Positions 9,359 to 21,445 of a stretch of DNA of 64,000 nucleotides are shown piece by piece. The notes beneath the pieces were generated by a model. The model was given only the letters and a program-made list of their open reading frames with translations, searched no databases and was not told where the DNA came from. Position 1 is the stretch's first letter. Each line of letters opens with the position of its first letter. Location: the NCBI GenBank assembly GCA_963734535.1, contig CAVTHS010000010.1, positions 32,001 to 96,000 on the forward strand, read 5' to 3'. A program made the position numbers and the translations under genes. This DNA comes from an uncultured Chloroflexia bacterium (GTDB taxonomy: Bacteria; Chloroflexota; Limnocylindria; Limnocylindrales; CSP1-4).

Positions 9359-11257
9359 CTACCGGAGGTTCGAGCGGCTGACCGACTGCTGGGTGAACGC
9401 CTCGATGATGTCGCCCTCGGCGAGATCGTGGAACCCGGCGAGGCCGATTCCGCACTCGTACCCCTGGGCCACGTCGCGCACGTCGTCGCGGAAGCGCCGC
9501 AGGGAGTCCAGCTTGTCCGTGGCGATCAGCTTGCCGTTGCGGTAGACCCGGACCCCTGCGGTCCGCGGGATGTGGCCGTCGGTCACGAACGACCCGGCGA
9601 TGACCGTGCTCTTGCCCACCCGGAAGATCTGGCGGACCTCGGCGCGACCCTCGACCTGCTCCACGATCTCCGGCTCGAGCATGCCCTTGAGGGCAGCCTC
9701 GATGTCGTCGGTGAGCTTGTAGATGATGTCGTAGAGGCGGACGTCGACCTTCTCCGCCTCCGCCGTCCGGCGGGCCTGCGGGTCGAGCTTCGTGTTGAAG
9801 CCGACGACGATCGCGTTGGACGCCGAGGCGAGCAGGATGTCGTTGTCGGTGATGTCGCCGGTGCCCTCGTGGAGGACGCTGATGCGCACCTCGTCCGAGA
9901 TGATCTGCCCCAGCGCGTGCGTGATGGCCCCCAGCGAGCCGGACACGTCCGACTTCAGGATGATCCGGAGCTCCTTGGACTGGCCCTCCTGGAACTGGTT
10001 GAAGAGATCCTCGAGGGTCGCCTTCTGGCTGGTGCCCGCCTGCGCGGTTGCCGCGATGCGGGTCTGCTCGACCATGGACCGGGCGGTCTTCTCGTCCGCC
10101 ACGACGCGCAGGATGTCGCCCGCCTCCGGGACCTCGTCGAGCCCGAGCACGAGCGCCGCGGACGAAGGGCCGGCCTTCTGGATCCGCTTGCCGGCCGCGT
10201 TCTCGAGCGCCTTGACCTTGCCGTAGGTCTTGCCCACGACGACGATGTCGCCGATCCGGAGCGTGCCGGTCTGGACGACGACCGTCGCCACCGGGCCCCG
10301 CCCCTTGTCCAGCTCCGCCTCGATGATCGTCCCGACCGCCGGGCGCTTGGGATCGGCCTTGAGCTCCTGGAGATCGGCGACGAGGTTCACCATGTCGAAG
10401 AGGTCGTCGAGGCCCTGGCGCGTCTTCGCCGAGACCTGCACGAGCGGGACGTCGCCGCCGTATTCCTCGATGACGACGTTGGCTTCGGTGAGCTCGGTCT
10501 TGACCCGGTCCGGGTTGGCGTCCGGCTTGTCGATCTTGTTGAGGGCGATGATGATCGGCACCTTCGCCGCTCGGGCGTGGCTGATCGCCTCGAGGGTCTG
10601 GGGCATCACGCCGTCGTCCGCCGCCACCACGATGATCGCGATGTCGGTGACCTTGGCGCCCCGGGCGCGCATCGCCGTGAACGCCTCGTGACCGGGCGTG
10701 TCGAGGAAGACGACCCGCTTGTCGTCCTTGACGACCACCGAGGCGCCGATGTGCTGGGTGATCCCGCCGCGCTCCCCGGCCGCCACGGCGGTGCTCCGGA
10801 TCGCGTCGAGCAGGCTGGTCTTGCCGTGGTCGACGTGGCCCATCACCGTCACGATGGGTGCGCGGGGCACCAGCAACGACGGGTCGCCGTCGACGAAGAG
10901 CGTCTCCTTCGTGGCGGGCGCGGGCGCCTCCGTGCGCTCGTCCTCGGCCGTGACCACCGGCGCTTCCGCCTCGTCGGTCTCGAATCCCAGCTCCGTCGCG
11001 ACGAGGGACGCGGTGTCCCGGTCGATCAGCTGGTTGATCGTGGCGAAGATCCCGCTCTTGATGAGCTCCCGGATGACGTCCGCCGGGTTGACCGCCAGGA
11101 CCTCCGCGAGCTCCTTGACGGTGATCGTGGACGGCAGCACGACGGCTGCGCGCTCGCGCGGCTCGGCAACCGAGACCGGCGTGAACGCGCCGCCCTCGCG
11201 TCGCTGTGGTTTGCGGGGCCCGCGGCGCCCGCGGGTCCCGCTCCTGCTCCTGGCCAT
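9359..11257 (-). CDS. infB: Translation initiation factor IF-2 (short N-terminus)
   Basis: [43 protein letters not shown]. Confidence 0.98.
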   Translation of the reverse strand: MARSRSGTRGRRGPRKPQRREGGAFTPVSVAEPRERAAVVLPSTITVKELAEVLAVNPADVIRELIKSGIFATINQLIDRDTASLVATELGFETDEAEAPVVTAEDERTEAPAPATKETLFVDGDPSLLVPRAPIVTVMGHVDHGKTSLLDAIRSTAVAAGERGGITQHIGASVVVKDDKRVVFLDTPGHEAFTAMRARGAKVTDIAIIVVAADDGVMPQTLEAISHARAAKVPIIIALNKIDKPDANPDRVKTELTEANVVIEEYGGDVPLVQVSAKTRQGLDDLFDMVNLVADLQELKADPKRPAVGTIIEAELDKGRGPVATVVVQTGTLRIGDIVVVGKTYGKVKALENAAGKRIQKAGPSSAALVLGLDEVPEAGDILRVVADEKTARSMVEQTRIAATAQAGTSQKATLEDLFNQFQEGQSKELRIILKSDVSGSLGAITHALGQIISDEVRISVLHEGTGDITDNDILLASASNAIVVGFNTKLDPQARRTAEAEKVDVRLYDIIYKLTDDIEAALKGMLEPEIVEQVEGRAEVRQIFRVGKSTVIAGSFVTDGHIPRTAGVRVYRNGKLIATDKLDSLRRFRDDVRDVAQGYECGIGLAGFHDLAEGDIIEAFTQQSVSRSNLR

Positions 11258-11571
11258 CAGGCCCCTCCTTCTTGGTCAACGTGGTTCGGCATCGGGGGTG
11301 TCGGGGCTCCGGCCCTGAACGGGTCGAAGAGCCCGGGCGGAATCGGGACGGCGAGCGCACGCCGCAGCGTGCCCTTCGCCATCGCGAGGTCGTGGCACGC
11401 GGGATCGACGCACACGTAGGCGCCGCGACCAGGCGCTCGTCCGGTCGCATCGAGCGCGATCGTGCCGCCCGGCGTCCGCACCACCCGCAGCAGCTCGCGC
11501 TTCGGACGAGCCGTCCGGCAGGCGACGCAGGTCCGGGTCGGGTGCTGTCGCGGAGGCGGGCCGCCGCCCAC
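11257..11571 (-). CDS. ylxR: YlxR/RnpM (DUF448) RNA-binding protein
   Basis: PTRTCVACR...ELLRVVR...GRGAYVC; lies between nusA and infB; start approximate. Confidence 0.9.
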   Translation of the reverse strand: MGGGPPPRQHPTRTCVACRTARPKRELLRVVRTPGGTIALDATGRAPGRGAYVCVDPACHDLAMAKGTLRRALAVPIPPGLFDPFRAGAPTPPMPNHVDQEGGA

Positions 11572-11579
11572 GCGCCCCG

Positions 11580-12761
11580 CTACGGTGTCACCTCCGCGGT
11601 CGGAAGGGCCGCCGGAACGTCCGCGTTCGCGGGGGCGCCCTCGTCCGCGACGTCGGCGGCGGGTGACGGCTCGGCGGCGGGAGCGGCCGGCACGGGCGCA
11701 GCAGCCCCAGGGACCGGCGCGACTGCCTCCGGCGCCTGCACGTCGCTGCGGATGTCGATCCGCCAGCCGGTCATCTTCGCGGCGAGTCGCGCGTTCTGCC
11801 CTTCGCGCCCGATGGCGAGCGAGAGCATCTTCTCGGGGACGATGACGCTCGCGATCCGGTGCTCCTCGTCGATGTGGACGGCCACGACCTGCGCCGGGCT
11901 GAGCGCCTTCGCGACGAAGACGGCCGGGTCCTCGTGCCATTCGATCACGTCGATCTTCTCGCCGGCGAGCTCGGCCACGACGGCCTGGACGCGGGCGCCA
12001 CGCTGTCCCACCGTCGCGCCGACGGGGTCGAGGCCCTCCTGGCGCGAGGCCACCGCGACCTTCGAGCGGCTGCCCGGCTCGCGGGCGATCGCCTTGATCT
12101 CGACGGTCCCGGCGTGGATCTCGGGGACCTCGAGCTCGAAGAGCCGGCGAAGGAACCCCTTGTGCGTGCGGCTGACGAGCACCTGCGGGCCCTTCGGGCC
12201 GCGGCGCACCTCCAGCACGAACGCCTTGACGTTCTGGCCGATCCGGTAGTGCTCCACCGGCGACTGCTCGGTGGTCGCGAGGATCGCCTCCGCCTTCCCG
12301 AGGTCGAGGATGATCGCCCGCGGCTCGACCCGGTTGACGGTCCCGGTGATGAGGTCGCCCTCGCGGCTCGCGAACTGGTCGTAGACGACGTCGCGCTCGG
12401 CCTCGCGCAGGCGCTGCAGGACGACCTGCTTCGCCGTCTGCGCACCGATCCGCCCGAATGCATCCTGGCCCAGCTGCTCGGTGACGACCTCCTCGCCGAT
12501 CTCGGCATCGGGCTTGATCGCCCGGGCCTCGTCGAGGGTCAGCTCGGTGAGTGGATCCTCCACGTCCGCGACGACGAGGCGTTCGCGGGTCACGAGCATC
12601 TCGCCGCGCTCCGGGTCGATCCGGACGCGGACGTCCTCGTTGCCGGGGATCCGGCGGTAGGCCGACTCGATGGCGTCGGAGATCGTCAGGACGAGGTGCT
12701 CCCGGGGAACGCCCTTCTCGGCGTTGAGCTGGAGGAGGGCGCCCACGAAGTCGCGGCTCAT
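11580..12761 (-). CDS. nusA: Transcription termination/antitermination factor NusA
   Basis: FGRIGAQTAKQV, VSRTH, LFELEVPEI, AREPGSRSKVAV, LAIGREGQNARLAAK. Confidence 0.98.
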   Translation of the reverse strand: MSRDFVGALLQLNAEKGVPREHLVLTISDAIESAYRRIPGNEDVRVRIDPERGEMLVTRERLVVADVEDPLTELTLDEARAIKPDAEIGEEVVTEQLGQDAFGRIGAQTAKQVVLQRLREAERDVVYDQFASREGDLITGTVNRVEPRAIILDLGKAEAILATTEQSPVEHYRIGQNVKAFVLEVRRGPKGPQVLVSRTHKGFLRRLFELEVPEIHAGTVEIKAIAREPGSRSKVAVASRQEGLDPVGATVGQRGARVQAVVAELAGEKIDVIEWHEDPAVFVAKALSPAQVVAVHIDEEHRIASVIVPEKMLSLAIGREGQNARLAAKMTGWRIDIRSDVQAPEAVAPVPGAAAPVPAAPAAEPSPAADVADEGAPANADVPAALPTAEVTP

Positions 12762-12814
12762 GCGGTCCACCTCTCACACTCGTGTTCGACCGACGGCGGC
12801 CGTCCCGGCCGACC

Positions 12815-12843
12815 GAAAGAAAAACGTGGGGGTCACCCACGTC
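12815..12843 (-). terminator. Leader attenuator hairpin of the nusA operon (rimP/ylxS-leader-like)
   Basis: Minus strand GACGTGGG-TGACC-CCCACGT-TTTTCTTTC: short stem plus U-tract lying between the TATACT -10 (12873-12878) and nusA. Confidence 0.7.
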
Positions 12844-12995
12844 ATGGAGCGGCGCGGTCGAAGTTGCACCGGAGTATACCCCACGCGCGCCGTGCCTCCC
12901 CGCCGCGCCGCGTGACCCCTGCCGGTGCGTCGATGCAACGGCGTGGCGCGCGGACGCACCGCCTGCCGGCGGGCGGGCGATCGTACGGCGTCCGG

Positions 12996-14270
12996 CTACG
13001 CGATTGGCGAGGTCGCCCCGACCCCTGTCGGGACGCTGCCCGGGGTCGGGTAGCGCCGCTCCACGTACTCCTCGAGCAGCCCGATGAAGCGGGCCACGAT
13101 GTCGTCGCCGCGGTACGTGGCGTAGAGCTTGCCGTCGACGAAGACCGGCGCCACGGGCTCCTCGAAGGTGCCGGGGAGGCTGATCCCGATGTCGGCATGC
13201 TTGCTCTCGCCCGGCCCGTTGACCACGCAGCCCATGACGGCGACCCGCAGCTCCTCGACACCGGGGTGGAGCTCCCGCCAGGCGGGCATGCGTTCCTTGA
13301 GGTGGGCGGTGATGTCGCGGGCCATCTCCTGGAAGAAGACCGACGTCGTGCGCCCGCAGCCCGGGCAGGCGCTCACCTGGGGCATGAAGCTGCGCAGGCC
13401 GAGTGATTGCAGGACCTGCTGGGCGACCTCCACCTCGAGCTCGCGGCCTGCGCCGGGCTCGGGCGTCAGGGAGACGCGGATCGTGTCGCCGATCCCCTCG
13501 GACAGGAGGACGCTCAGGCCAGCCGTCGAAGCGACGATCCCCTTCATGCCCATGCCGGCCTCCGTGAGGCCGAGGTGGAGCGGGTAGTCGCACTGCGCCG
13601 CGAGCCGCCGGTAGACGTCCACGAGGTCGCGCACGCCCGACACCTTCGCGCTCACGATGATCCGGTCGTGGCCCAGCCCGGTCTCCTCGGCCAGCTCGGC
13701 GGAGCGGAGCGCCGAGGCCAGCATGGCGTCGATCATCACGTCCCGGCTGTCACGCGGCGCGGCGAGGGCCGCGTTCGCCTCCATCATCGACGTCAGGAGA
13801 GCCGGGTCCAGCGAGCCCCAGTTGACGCCGATCCGGACAGGCCGGTCGTGCTCGATGGCGACTCGCACGATCGTCTGAAAGTTGTCGTCGTGACGCTTCG
13901 CGCCGACGTTGCCCGGGTTGATGCGGTACTTCGCCAGCGCTCGGGCGGCCTCCGGATGGTCCACGAGGAGCTGGTGCCCGTTGTAGTGGAAGTCGCCGAC
14001 GATGGGGGTCTCGAAGCCGAGGTCGCGGACCTTGCGCACCATCTCGGGCACCGCGGCCGCGGCCGCCTCGGTGTTGACGGTCACCCGGACGAGCTGCGAC
14101 CCGGCCGCCGCAAGCCGGACGACCTGGAGCGCGGTCGCATCGGCGTCCGCCGTGTCCGTGTTCGTCATGGACTGGACGACCACTGGGTGGGCGCTCCCCA
14201 CGAGCACGCCGCCCACGTCCACCGACGGCGTGGCTCGCCGGGGCGGGCGCAGGGCGTCCGCGCCGGTCAC
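12996..14270 (-). CDS. ispG: (E)-4-hydroxy-3-methylbut-2-enyl diphosphate synthase
   Basis: [50 protein letters not shown]; GTG start overlaps rseP stop. Confidence 0.96.
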   Translation of the reverse strand: MTGADALRPPRRATPSVDVGGVLVGSAHPVVVQSMTNTDTADADATALQVVRLAAAGSQLVRVTVNTEAAAAAVPEMVRKVRDLGFETPIVGDFHYNGHQLLVDHPEAARALAKYRINPGNVGAKRHDDNFQTIVRVAIEHDRPVRIGVNWGSLDPALLTSMMEANAALAAPRDSRDVMIDAMLASALRSAELAEETGLGHDRIIVSAKVSGVRDLVDVYRRLAAQCDYPLHLGLTEAGMGMKGIVASTAGLSVLLSEGIGDTIRVSLTPEPGAGRELEVEVAQQVLQSLGLRSFMPQVSACPGCGRTTSVFFQEMARDITAHLKERMPAWRELHPGVEELRVAVMGCVVNGPGESKHADIGISLPGTFEEPVAPVFVDGKLYATYRGDDIVARFIGLLEEYVERRYPTPGSVPTGVGATSPIA

Positions 14271-15424
14271 GGCGTCCCGCCGCCGCCGACCTGCCGGGCG
14301 ATGTCGAAGTACGTGATCCAGATCAGGAATCCGAACAGGAAGACGAAGCCGACCAGGTACGTCAGGCGCTCCACGGAGATCGCCGTCTGCGTCGAGGGGC
14401 CCCGGCCGCGCACCCCGGCCCGTCGCATGACCGCGGAGCCGCGTCCCAGGAGTGCCTTGAGCAGGAGCACGAGGATGCGGCCGCCGTCGAGCGGCGGGAA
14501 GGGCAGGATGTTGACCAGGGCCAGGTTCGCCGAGAGCAGCCCGGCCAGGTAGAGGGTGAAGATGGGCCCCAGCTGCCAGAAGACGTCGCCGACCTGGACC
14601 GCGATCCCGACCGGGCCGGTGACCGGCGGCGCCTGCGTCGGATTCGACGCGACGGACGAGACGAGCGAGGCGAGGCCGTCGATGATCAGGCGGAATGCGC
14701 TGACCGTCCAGGTCGCGCCGGCACCGATCGCGGTCACCGGGTCGCGGCCGGCATAGGTGCCGGAGAAGCTCAGGCCCGCTCCGCGGATCCCCAGCGCGCC
14801 CTTGTCGACGGCCTCGTCGGGGGGCCGGAGCGTGACCGCCACGTCGCGGACCGCGCCGTCCGCGGCGCGCACCCGGAGCGTGACCGCCTGGCCCGCCCGG
14901 TCGCGGAGGGCAGCGATCGCCGCCTGCCCGGCCTGCGGGCTCGGAAGGAGGTCGAAGGTCGTCCCGTCGATGGCCAGGATCGTCTCGCCCGACCGCAGGC
15001 CCGCAAGGTCGGCCGGGGAGCCGGCCACGACCTCGTTGAACGTGAGGCCGCCCTGCGGCGTGGCAAGCCAGGCGATCCCGGTGAAGATCACGAACGCGAG
15101 CAGGAGGTTCATTCCCACCCCGGCGAGCAGGACCAGCAGCTTCTTCGGGAGGCTCGCGACGACGAACGATCGGGGGTCGTCCGATTCGCCGTCCTCGCCC
15201 TCGAGCCGCACGAAGCCGCCGATCGGCAGCCAGTTCAGCGTATAGAGCGTCTCGCCACGGTCGCGGAGGACCTTCGCCCGGGGCGGGAACCCGATCCCGA
15301 ACTCGTGGACGCGGATCCCGAAGAGGCGCGCCAGCACGAAGTGGCCGAGCTCGTGGATCACGACCAGCGAGCACAGGATGAAGACGAAGAGGAGGATCGT
15401 GATCGCCCCCTGGATGATCGCCAT
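14267..15424 (-). CDS. rseP: RseP/RasP intramembrane site-2 metalloprotease (M50) with PDZ domain
   Basis: [23 protein letters not shown]. Confidence 0.94.
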   Translation of the reverse strand: MAIIQGAITILLFVFILCSLVVIHELGHFVLARLFGIRVHEFGIGFPPRAKVLRDRGETLYTLNWLPIGGFVRLEGEDGESDDPRSFVVASLPKKLLVLLAGVGMNLLLAFVIFTGIAWLATPQGGLTFNEVVAGSPADLAGLRSGETILAIDGTTFDLLPSPQAGQAAIAALRDRAGQAVTLRVRAADGAVRDVAVTLRPPDEAVDKGALGIRGAGLSFSGTYAGRDPVTAIGAGATWTVSAFRLIIDGLASLVSSVASNPTQAPPVTGPVGIAVQVGDVFWQLGPIFTLYLAGLLSANLALVNILPFPPLDGGRILVLLLKALLGRGSAVMRRAGVRGRGPSTQTAISVERLTYLVGFVFLFGFLIWITYFDIARQVGGGGTP

Positions 15425-15432
15425 GGCTCCTC

Positions 15433-16659
15433 CTACGCGGGTCGCCCGCCGGCGGTTCCCGGCGAGCTGAACGCGGCGCGGACCTCGCGGTCGAGCGCCA
15501 CGAGATCATCGTACCCCGGCGCCTGCCCGGGACCCGTCCCGAAGCGATCGACGGCCGCCTCGAGGAGGCGCGGAACCCCCGGAAAGTCGAGCGTCCCCTC
15601 GAGGAACCGGGCGACGGCCACCTCGTCGGCGGCGATCAGGGCCGCCGTGGCCCGGGACCCGAGCAGCCCCGCCTGGCGGGCGATCCGCAGGGCGGGGAAC
15701 CGTGCCTCGTCGGGGGCGCGGAAGTCCAGTCGGCCCGCGGCGACGAGGTCGGTGCCGGCGGCCGGCGAGGGTCGACGAGACGGGTACGTGATCGCGTACT
15801 GGATGGGCAGCCGCATGTCCGGGGTTCCGAGCTGCGCCTTCATCGACCCATCGACGAAGCGGACGGCCGAGTGGACCACCGACTGCGGATGGATGACCAC
15901 CTCGATGTCCGGGTAGGCCATGCCGTAGAGCCAGTGTGCCTCGATGACCTCGAGGCCCTTGTTGGCGAGCGTCGCGGAGTCGATCGTGATCTTGGCCCCC
16001 ATGTGCCACGTCGGATGGCGGAGCGCTCTTGCCGGCGTGATCCCGGGAAAGGCCTCGATCGGCGTGTCGAGGAACGGGCCGCCGGACGCCGTCAGGACGA
16101 GCGCGGCGACGCCCGACAGCGCCTCGCCGGCCAGGCACTGCCAGATCGCGGAGTGCTCGGAATCGATCGGACGGAGCCAGCCGAGCGCGCTCGCGAGCGG
16201 GTCCCGCGGGTCGGCCGCGGCGCGCTCCGCGGCACGAGCGTGCGCCTCCGCCATGACCAGGTGACCCCCCGCGACGAGCGTCTCCTTGTTCGCGGTCGCG
16301 ACCACCTTGCCGGCGCGCAGCGCGGCGAGGACCGGCCGGAGGCTCACCATGCCGCCCGTTGCCACCAGGACCAGGTCGACGTCATCGCGGGTCGCGAGCT
16401 CGACGAGCGCGTCCGGGCCACGGACACGGAGCGTCCCGGCCGGAAGGTCGAGCGGCGTGACGTCCGCGAGCGCGACCGCGGCGGGCCGATGCTCGCGGAC
16501 CTGCGATTCGAGGAGCGCAGCCTGCGAGCCGGTCGCGAGCGCGACCACGTGCCAGTCCGCGGCGAGCCCGGCAAGGACGTCGAGCGCCTGCTTGCCGATC
16601 GATCCGCCGGATCCGAGCAGGGCGACCCCGCGCGGCCGGTCAGGCGACGAGGACGACAT
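15433..16659 (-). CDS. dxr: 1-deoxy-D-xylulose-5-phosphate reductoisomerase
   Basis: [55 protein letters not shown]. Confidence 0.96.
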   Translation of the reverse strand: MSSSSPDRPRGVALLGSGGSIGKQALDVLAGLAADWHVVALATGSQAALLESQVREHRPAAVALADVTPLDLPAGTLRVRGPDALVELATRDDVDLVLVATGGMVSLRPVLAALRAGKVVATANKETLVAGGHLVMAEAHARAAERAAADPRDPLASALGWLRPIDSEHSAIWQCLAGEALSGVAALVLTASGGPFLDTPIEAFPGITPARALRHPTWHMGAKITIDSATLANKGLEVIEAHWLYGMAYPDIEVVIHPQSVVHSAVRFVDGSMKAQLGTPDMRLPIQYAITYPSRRPSPAAGTDLVAAGRLDFRAPDEARFPALRIARQAGLLGSRATAALIAADEVAVARFLEGTLDFPGVPRLLEAAVDRFGTGPGQAPGYDDLVALDREVRAAFSSPGTAGGRPA

Positions 16660-17515
16660 ACGCCACCAGGACCGGCGCGGCGAACAGGAACGAATCGACC
16701 CGGTCCAGGACGCCCCCGTGGCCGGGGATCGCGCTCCCGGAGTCCTTCGCGCCCGCAGCTCGCTTGAGCAGGCTCTCGGCGAGATCCCCCGCCTGGGCCG
16801 CGGCGCCGAGAAGCGGCCCGAGGACCAGGGCCTCGAGCGGAGACCGGCCGCTGATCGCGAGCACGCAGCCCACGCCGACCGTCGCGACGACGAGACCGCC
16901 GAGCACGCCCTCGAGGGTCTTCTTCGGCGAGATCCAGGCCATGAACGGGCGGCGTCCGATCGCCCGGCCCACGAGATATGCGCCGGTGTCGAAGCTCCAC
17001 ACGCCCGCGAGCAGGACCAGCACCCAGCGCCGCTCCGGCCAGAAGACCCGGTCGAAGGATGCGGGGTCCGTCCATTGGGTGGTGAGGGTCGCAAGCGCGC
17101 CGAGGAGGCCGACGTAGAGGGCGCCGAAGAGCGTGGCCGACCACGCGGTGAAGGCAGCGGTCGCGTCGCGGCGGGCGAACGCGGCAACGGCCAGGCCGAT
17201 GGCGACCACGCCGACGAGGGTGACGCCGTCCAGGCCGGCAACGCGTCCCGCCAGGTCGACGGCTGCAGCGGGACGGCCAAGCAGGTTGCTGCCGAGGCTC
17301 GCCGGGACGGCCGCCGCGGCCACCAGCACGGCCGCTCCCACGACGACGCCCCGGTCGATGACCTGCTGCCCCGCGAGGCGCAGCAGGCGCTCGGCCTCGC
17401 GCCCGGCCGCGATCGCGAGAAGCACGGCCAGGATCCCGATCCCGATCCCGCCGGCGGCGAGCGCCACGATGACGACGGGGACGATGATGAGCGCGCTGGT
17501 GGTCCGCTCGCGCAC
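16640..17515 (-). CDS. cdsA: Phosphatidate cytidylyltransferase
   Basis: [44 protein letters not shown]. Confidence 0.95.
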   Translation of the reverse strand: MRERTTSALIIVPVVIVALAAGGIGIGILAVLLAIAAGREAERLLRLAGQQVIDRGVVVGAAVLVAAAAVPASLGSNLLGRPAAAVDLAGRVAGLDGVTLVGVVAIGLAVAAFARRDATAAFTAWSATLFGALYVGLLGALATLTTQWTDPASFDRVFWPERRWVLVLLAGVWSFDTGAYLVGRAIGRRPFMAWISPKKTLEGVLGGLVVATVGVGCVLAISGRSPLEALVLGPLLGAAAQAGDLAESLLKRAAGAKDSGSAIPGHGGVLDRVDSFLFAAPVLVAYVVLVA

Positions 17516-17526
17516 GGCGTGCCCGG

Positions 17527-18303
17527 TCAGCGCCCGAACCGGCGCCCGCGCCGCGCGAACTCCTCGAGCGCCGTGTCGAACGCCTCGGCGTCGAAGTCCG
17601 GCCAGAGCGCCGGGCAGGAATGGAACTCGGCGTAGGCCGACTGCCAGATCAGGAAGTTGGACAGGCGCTGCTCGCCGCCCGTCCGGATGACGAGGTCGGG
17701 ATCGGGCAGCCCGGCCGTGTAGAGGTGCGCCTCCACGGCGGCCTCGTCGATCTGGTCGGCCGGCGTGCCGGCGGCGACGATGGCCCGGACCGCGTCCACG
17801 ATCTCGGTCCGGCCGGCGTAGTTGAAGGCGATGTTGAGGGTCAGGCGCGTGCCGTCCTCGGTCGCCGCGAGCGCCTCCGTGATCGAGCCGCGGATGTCGG
17901 CGGGCACCTCGGCGAGGCGCCCCGAGACGCGCACGCGGACCCCCTGGCGCACGAGCTCCGGCGTCTCCGCGCGGATCGCCTGGTCGAGCAGCGAGAAGAG
18001 GCCGGCCACCTCGTCGTCGGAGCGCGCCCAGTTCTCGCGGCTGAACGCGTAGAGCGACAGCACCGCGATGCCGCGCCGGATCGCGTGCTCCACGAGCCAG
18101 CGGATCTTGTCGACCCCGGCGGCGTGTCCCTCGAGCTCGGCCACGCCGTGGGCGCGGGCCCAGCGGCGATTGCCGTCCATGATGATCGCCACGTGGACGG
18201 GCCGCGGACCGGCCTCGGGCGAGCTGTCCTCCCCGCCGGACAGCGGCTCCACGTGAGCGGCGCGCCGCGCGTCCGTGGGACGGGCGACCTGGGCGCGGCT
18301 CAC
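17527..18303 (-). CDS. uppS: Undecaprenyl/polyprenyl diphosphate synthase
   Basis: [37 protein letters not shown]. Confidence 0.96.
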   Translation of the reverse strand: MSRAQVARPTDARRAAHVEPLSGGEDSSPEAGPRPVHVAIIMDGNRRWARAHGVAELEGHAAGVDKIRWLVEHAIRRGIAVLSLYAFSRENWARSDDEVAGLFSLLDQAIRAETPELVRQGVRVRVSGRLAEVPADIRGSITEALAATEDGTRLTLNIAFNYAGRTEIVDAVRAIVAAGTPADQIDEAAVEAHLYTAGLPDPDLVIRTGGEQRLSNFLIWQSAYAEFHSCPALWPDFDAEAFDTALEEFARRGRRFGR

Positions 18304-18861
18304 CTAGACCTCGAGGACCTCGCGTTCCTTGGCCCCGCCCACCTTGTCGACCTCGGCGATCTGGCGATCGGTCACCTTCTGGAGCACTTCCAGCTCCCGG
18401 TGCGCCTCGTCCGTGCCCAGGTCTCCGTCGCGCTCTTCCTTCTTGATCGCGTCGGCCGCCTCGCGGCGCAGGTTCCGGATCTCGACCCGGGCCTCCTCCA
18501 TCCGGCGATGGACGACCTTGACGATGTCCTTTCGGCGCTCCTCGGTGAGCTGCGGGATGTTGAGCCGGACCGCCGTCCCGTCGACGTTCGGGGTCAGGCC
18601 GACGTCGCTCTTGAGGATCGCCTTCTCGATCGCCCCCAGGACGCTCCGGTCCCACGGCTGGATCACGATCTGGTGCGGCTCCGGCACGCTGATCCCGGCG
18701 AGCTGGTTGAGGGGAGTCGCCGCGCCGTAGTACTCGACGAGGATCCGCTCCACGAGCGCGGTCGAAGCCCGGCCGGTGCGGATCCCCTGCAGGTCCCGCT
18801 CCAGGATCTCGACGGCCCGCGTCATCTTCGGCTCGATGGTCCCGATGACCTGGCTGCTCAT
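18304..18861 (-). CDS. frr: Ribosome recycling factor
   Basis: [34 protein letters not shown]. Confidence 0.97.
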   Translation of the reverse strand: MSSQVIGTIEPKMTRAVEILERDLQGIRTGRASTALVERILVEYYGAATPLNQLAGISVPEPHQIVIQPWDRSVLGAIEKAILKSDVGLTPNVDGTAVRLNIPQLTEERRKDIVKVVHRRMEEARVEIRNLRREAADAIKKEERDGDLGTDEAHRELEVLQKVTDRQIAEVDKVGGAKEREVLEV

Positions 18862-19667
18862 GCGGGGGTACCTCCGGCGATGCGGGTCCCGACCTGCTCC
18901 CCCATCGCGGCCCGGCGCACGTTGTCGGGCCGATTCAGGTCGAAGACGATGATCGGAAGATCATTCTCCATGCACAGCGAGACGGCAGTCGCGTCGAGGA
19001 CACCGAGCCGATCGGTCAGGACGTCCCCGAACGTGAGCTCCGTGTAGCGGCGGGCGTCGGGGTGGGTCAGCGGGTCGGCCTCGTAGACGCCGTCGACGCG
19101 CGTCGCCTTGAGCAGGACGGAGGCGCCGATCTCCACGGCGCGCAGGGCGGCGGCGGTGTCCGTCGTGAAGTACGGGTTGCCGGTGCCCGCCACGAAGATC
19201 ACGACGCGGCCCTTCTCGAGGTGGCGAATGGCGCGGCGCCGGATGTAGGGCTCGGCCACCTCGTTCATGGCGATCGCGGTCATCACCCGGGTGGGGACCC
19301 CCACACGCTCGAGCGCGTCCTGCAGGGCCAGGCCGTTCATGACCGTGGCCAGCATGCCGATGTAGTCCCCGGTGGCCCGGTCCATCCCGCGTGCGGCGGC
19401 CGCCATGCCGCGGAAGATGTTGCCGCCCCCGACCACGATGCCGACCTGGACGCCGGCCGTCCGGGCGGCCCCGATCTGGCCGGCAATGAACGCGCAGAAG
19501 GCCGGGTCGACGCCGTACTGGCGCTCGCCGAGCAGCGCCTCGCCGGAGATCTTGAGCAGGATCCGGCCGTGGCGAGGCGCCGACGCGGCGCCGGCCGTCG
19601 CCGACGCGGCGCCGGATGTCGCCGACGCGGCGCTGGATGTCGCCGTCCCGGCTGCGGCCTCGCTCAC
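18858..19667 (-). CDS. pyrH: UMP kinase
   Basis: [36 protein letters not shown]. Confidence 0.97.
   Translation of the reverse strand: MSEAAAGTATSSAASATSGAASATAGAASAPRHGRILLKISGEALLGERQYGVDPAFCAFIAGQIGAARTAGVQVGIVVGGGNIFRGMAAAARGMDRATGDYIGMLATVMNGLALQDALERVGVPTRVMTAIAMNEVAEPYIRRRAIRHLEKGRVVIFVAGTGNPYFTTDTAAALRAVEIGASVLLKATRVDGVYEADPLTHPDARRYTELTFGDVLTDRLGVLDATAVSLCMENDLPIIVFDLNRPDNVRRAAMGEQVGTRIAGGTPA
19581..19643. repeat. Three tandem 21-bp repeats in the pyrH N-terminal extension ([21 protein letters not shown])
   Basis: cgacgcggcgccggccgtcgc / cgacgcggcgccggatgtcgc / cgacgcggcgctggatgtcgc. Confidence 0.85.
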
Positions 19668-20263
19668 AGCTCCTCGCCGAGCGCGTAGCGGGAGAAGCGA
19701 CGGACCCTGATGTTCTCGCCGATGTTGGCGATCGCCCCCGTCACGAGATCGCGGACGGTCAGGTCGGTGTCACGGAAGGGCTGGTCCATGAGGCAGACCT
19801 CGGCGTACCACTTCTTGAGCTGGCCCTCGACGATCTGCGGCCGGATGTGCTCGGGCTTCTTCTGGGTCGCCTCGTCCGCGAGCAGGGCGGCCTTCCGCGC
19901 CTCCAGCTCCGCGGCCGGGATCCGGTCGACGTCCACCCACGTCGGGGCGAGGCCCGCGACCTGGACGGCCAGGTCGTGGACCAGCTTCTGAAACTCGTCG
20001 GTCCGCGCGACGAAATCCGTCTCGCAGTTGACCTCGATGATGACGCCCACGCGACCGCCGGGATGGATGTAGCTCGAGACGAGGCCTTCGCGCGCATCGC
20101 GCCCGGCCCGCTTCGCGGCGGCGGCGAGCCCCCGGTCGCGGAGCAGGGCGATGGCCTTGTCGAGGTCGCCGTCCGACTCCTCGAGGGCACGCTTGCAGTC
20201 CATGAAACCGGCGCCGGTGCGCTCGCGCAGCTCCTTGACGTCGCTCGCGGAGAAGTTCGCCAT
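19664..20263 (-). CDS. tsf: Elongation factor Ts (short form)
   Basis: [30 protein letters not shown]. Confidence 0.97.
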   Translation of the reverse strand: MANFSASDVKELRERTGAGFMDCKRALEESDGDLDKAIALLRDRGLAAAAKRAGRDAREGLVSSYIHPGGRVGVIIEVNCETDFVARTDEFQKLVHDLAVQVAGLAPTWVDVDRIPAAELEARKAALLADEATQKKPEHIRPQIVEGQLKKWYAEVCLMDQPFRDTDLTVRDLVTGAIANIGENIRVRRFSRYALGEEL

Positions 20264-20333
20264 GGGTGAGTGTGTCTCCTGTCAGGTTCGGTCGGCCGGG
20301 CGCGCGCCTGGCCGGGATGGGAAGTCGGTGTGT

Positions 20334-21239
20334 CTACTCGGCCGGGATGGCGAGGTCGGTCGCGGGCGAGGCGTCTGCCGGCGCGGCGCTCACCGCTCCG
20401 GGCAGCAGCGCTTCGTCCTCGACATCGGGCTCGAAGGTGAGGGCGCCGCCGGCCGCGAGCTGCGCGACGAGGTCGTCGGCGGATGCCATCTCGTCGGTCT
20501 CGAAGGCGGCGGCCATCTCGGGCTCCGGCTCCGGCTCGCGATCGCTCCGGGCGGCCCGTTCGCGGCTCCCCTCGATGGCCGCGTCGGCGATCAGCGAACA
20601 GAGCAGGCGGATGGCACGGATCGCATCGTCGTTGCCCGGGATGATGTAGTCCAGCTCATCCGGGTCGACGTTCGTGTCGCCGGTCCCGATGATCGGGATC
20701 TCGAGCTTGATGCACTCGGCGACCGCGATCCGCTCGCGCGCCGGGTCGATGATGAAGACCGCCCCGGGCAGGCGCCGCATCTTCCGGATCCCGCCCAGCG
20801 AGAGCTTCAGCTTGCGCAGCTCCTCGGAGAGGACCGCGGCCTCCTTCTTCGAGAGCCGGTCGAAGTCGCCATTGAGCTGGCGGGCCTCGAGCTGCTCGAG
20901 GAGACCAAGGCGCTTCTTGATCGTCACGAAGTTCGTGAGCATGCCGCCGAGCCACCGGCTGGTGACGTACGGCTGGCCCGCCCGCTCGGACTCCTGGATG
21001 ATCGGCTCCTGGGCCTGCTTCTTCGTGCCGACGAAGAGGACCTGCTCGCCGCGGGCCGTCGTCTCGCGGATCGCGTCGAGGGCGAGGTCGAGGCGCTTGA
21101 CCGTCTGGGCCAGGTCGATGATGTGAATCCCGTTGCGCTCCGCGAAGATGAACGGGCGCATCTTGGGATTCCAGCGGCGAGTCTGGTGGCCGAAGTGAAC
21201 GCCGGCCTCGAGAAGCTGCCGCATGGAGACGGTGGGCAC
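20334..21239 (-). CDS. rpsB: 30S ribosomal protein S2
   Basis: [37 protein letters not shown]; GTG start after AGGAGG. Confidence 0.97.
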   Translation of the reverse strand: MPTVSMRQLLEAGVHFGHQTRRWNPKMRPFIFAERNGIHIIDLAQTVKRLDLALDAIRETTARGEQVLFVGTKKQAQEPIIQESERAGQPYVTSRWLGGMLTNFVTIKKRLGLLEQLEARQLNGDFDRLSKKEAAVLSEELRKLKLSLGGIRKMRRLPGAVFIIDPARERIAVAECIKLEIPIIGTGDTNVDPDELDYIIPGNDDAIRAIRLLCSLIADAAIEGSRERAARSDREPEPEPEMAAAFETDEMASADDLVAQLAAGGALTFEPDVEDEALLPGAVSAAPADASPATDLAIPAE

Positions 21240-21416
21240 GGGGTGGACCTCCTGTTTCGGTTGTACCTCCGCGGGCCCTGCCCCGGGACCGGGCGACGCT
21301 TTCGCGGCCCGGCACCGACCCGAAGCGTGGTCTGGCGCCGCGTGTGATCTCGCCGGCCTGGTTCTCGGCACGGCGGCAGGCAACCGGACGGTCCGGCGGC
21401 CGGGCGGAGTCTACCA
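21240..21416 (-). promoter_or_regulatory. rpsB promoter (TGgTAGACT) and ~160-nt leader, likely S2 autoregulatory leader
   Basis: Extended -10 at 21408-21416; long GC-rich 5' UTR typical of rpsB-tsf operons. Confidence 0.55.
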
Positions 21417-21445
21417 CAGGCCCCGGGCCGGTCAGCCGATCCCGG

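Noticed and set aside
12996-15509. Long N-terminal extensions in the ORF track (ispG 837 aa, dxr 615 aa, cdsA 671 aa, gmk 544 aa, ylxR 778 aa, DUF3352-like 1056 aa)
   Set aside because: The extensions are off-frame read-through across upstream genes; plausible starts lie at the stop/start overlaps.
19581-19643. Direct repeats as a CRISPR array
   Set aside because: Tandem units without spacers, in frame within pyrH, and no cas genes nearby.
19664-20263. Short EF-Ts (199 aa) and short IF-2 (632 aa) as truncations
   Set aside because: Short forms are well known in several phyla and all key motifs are present.
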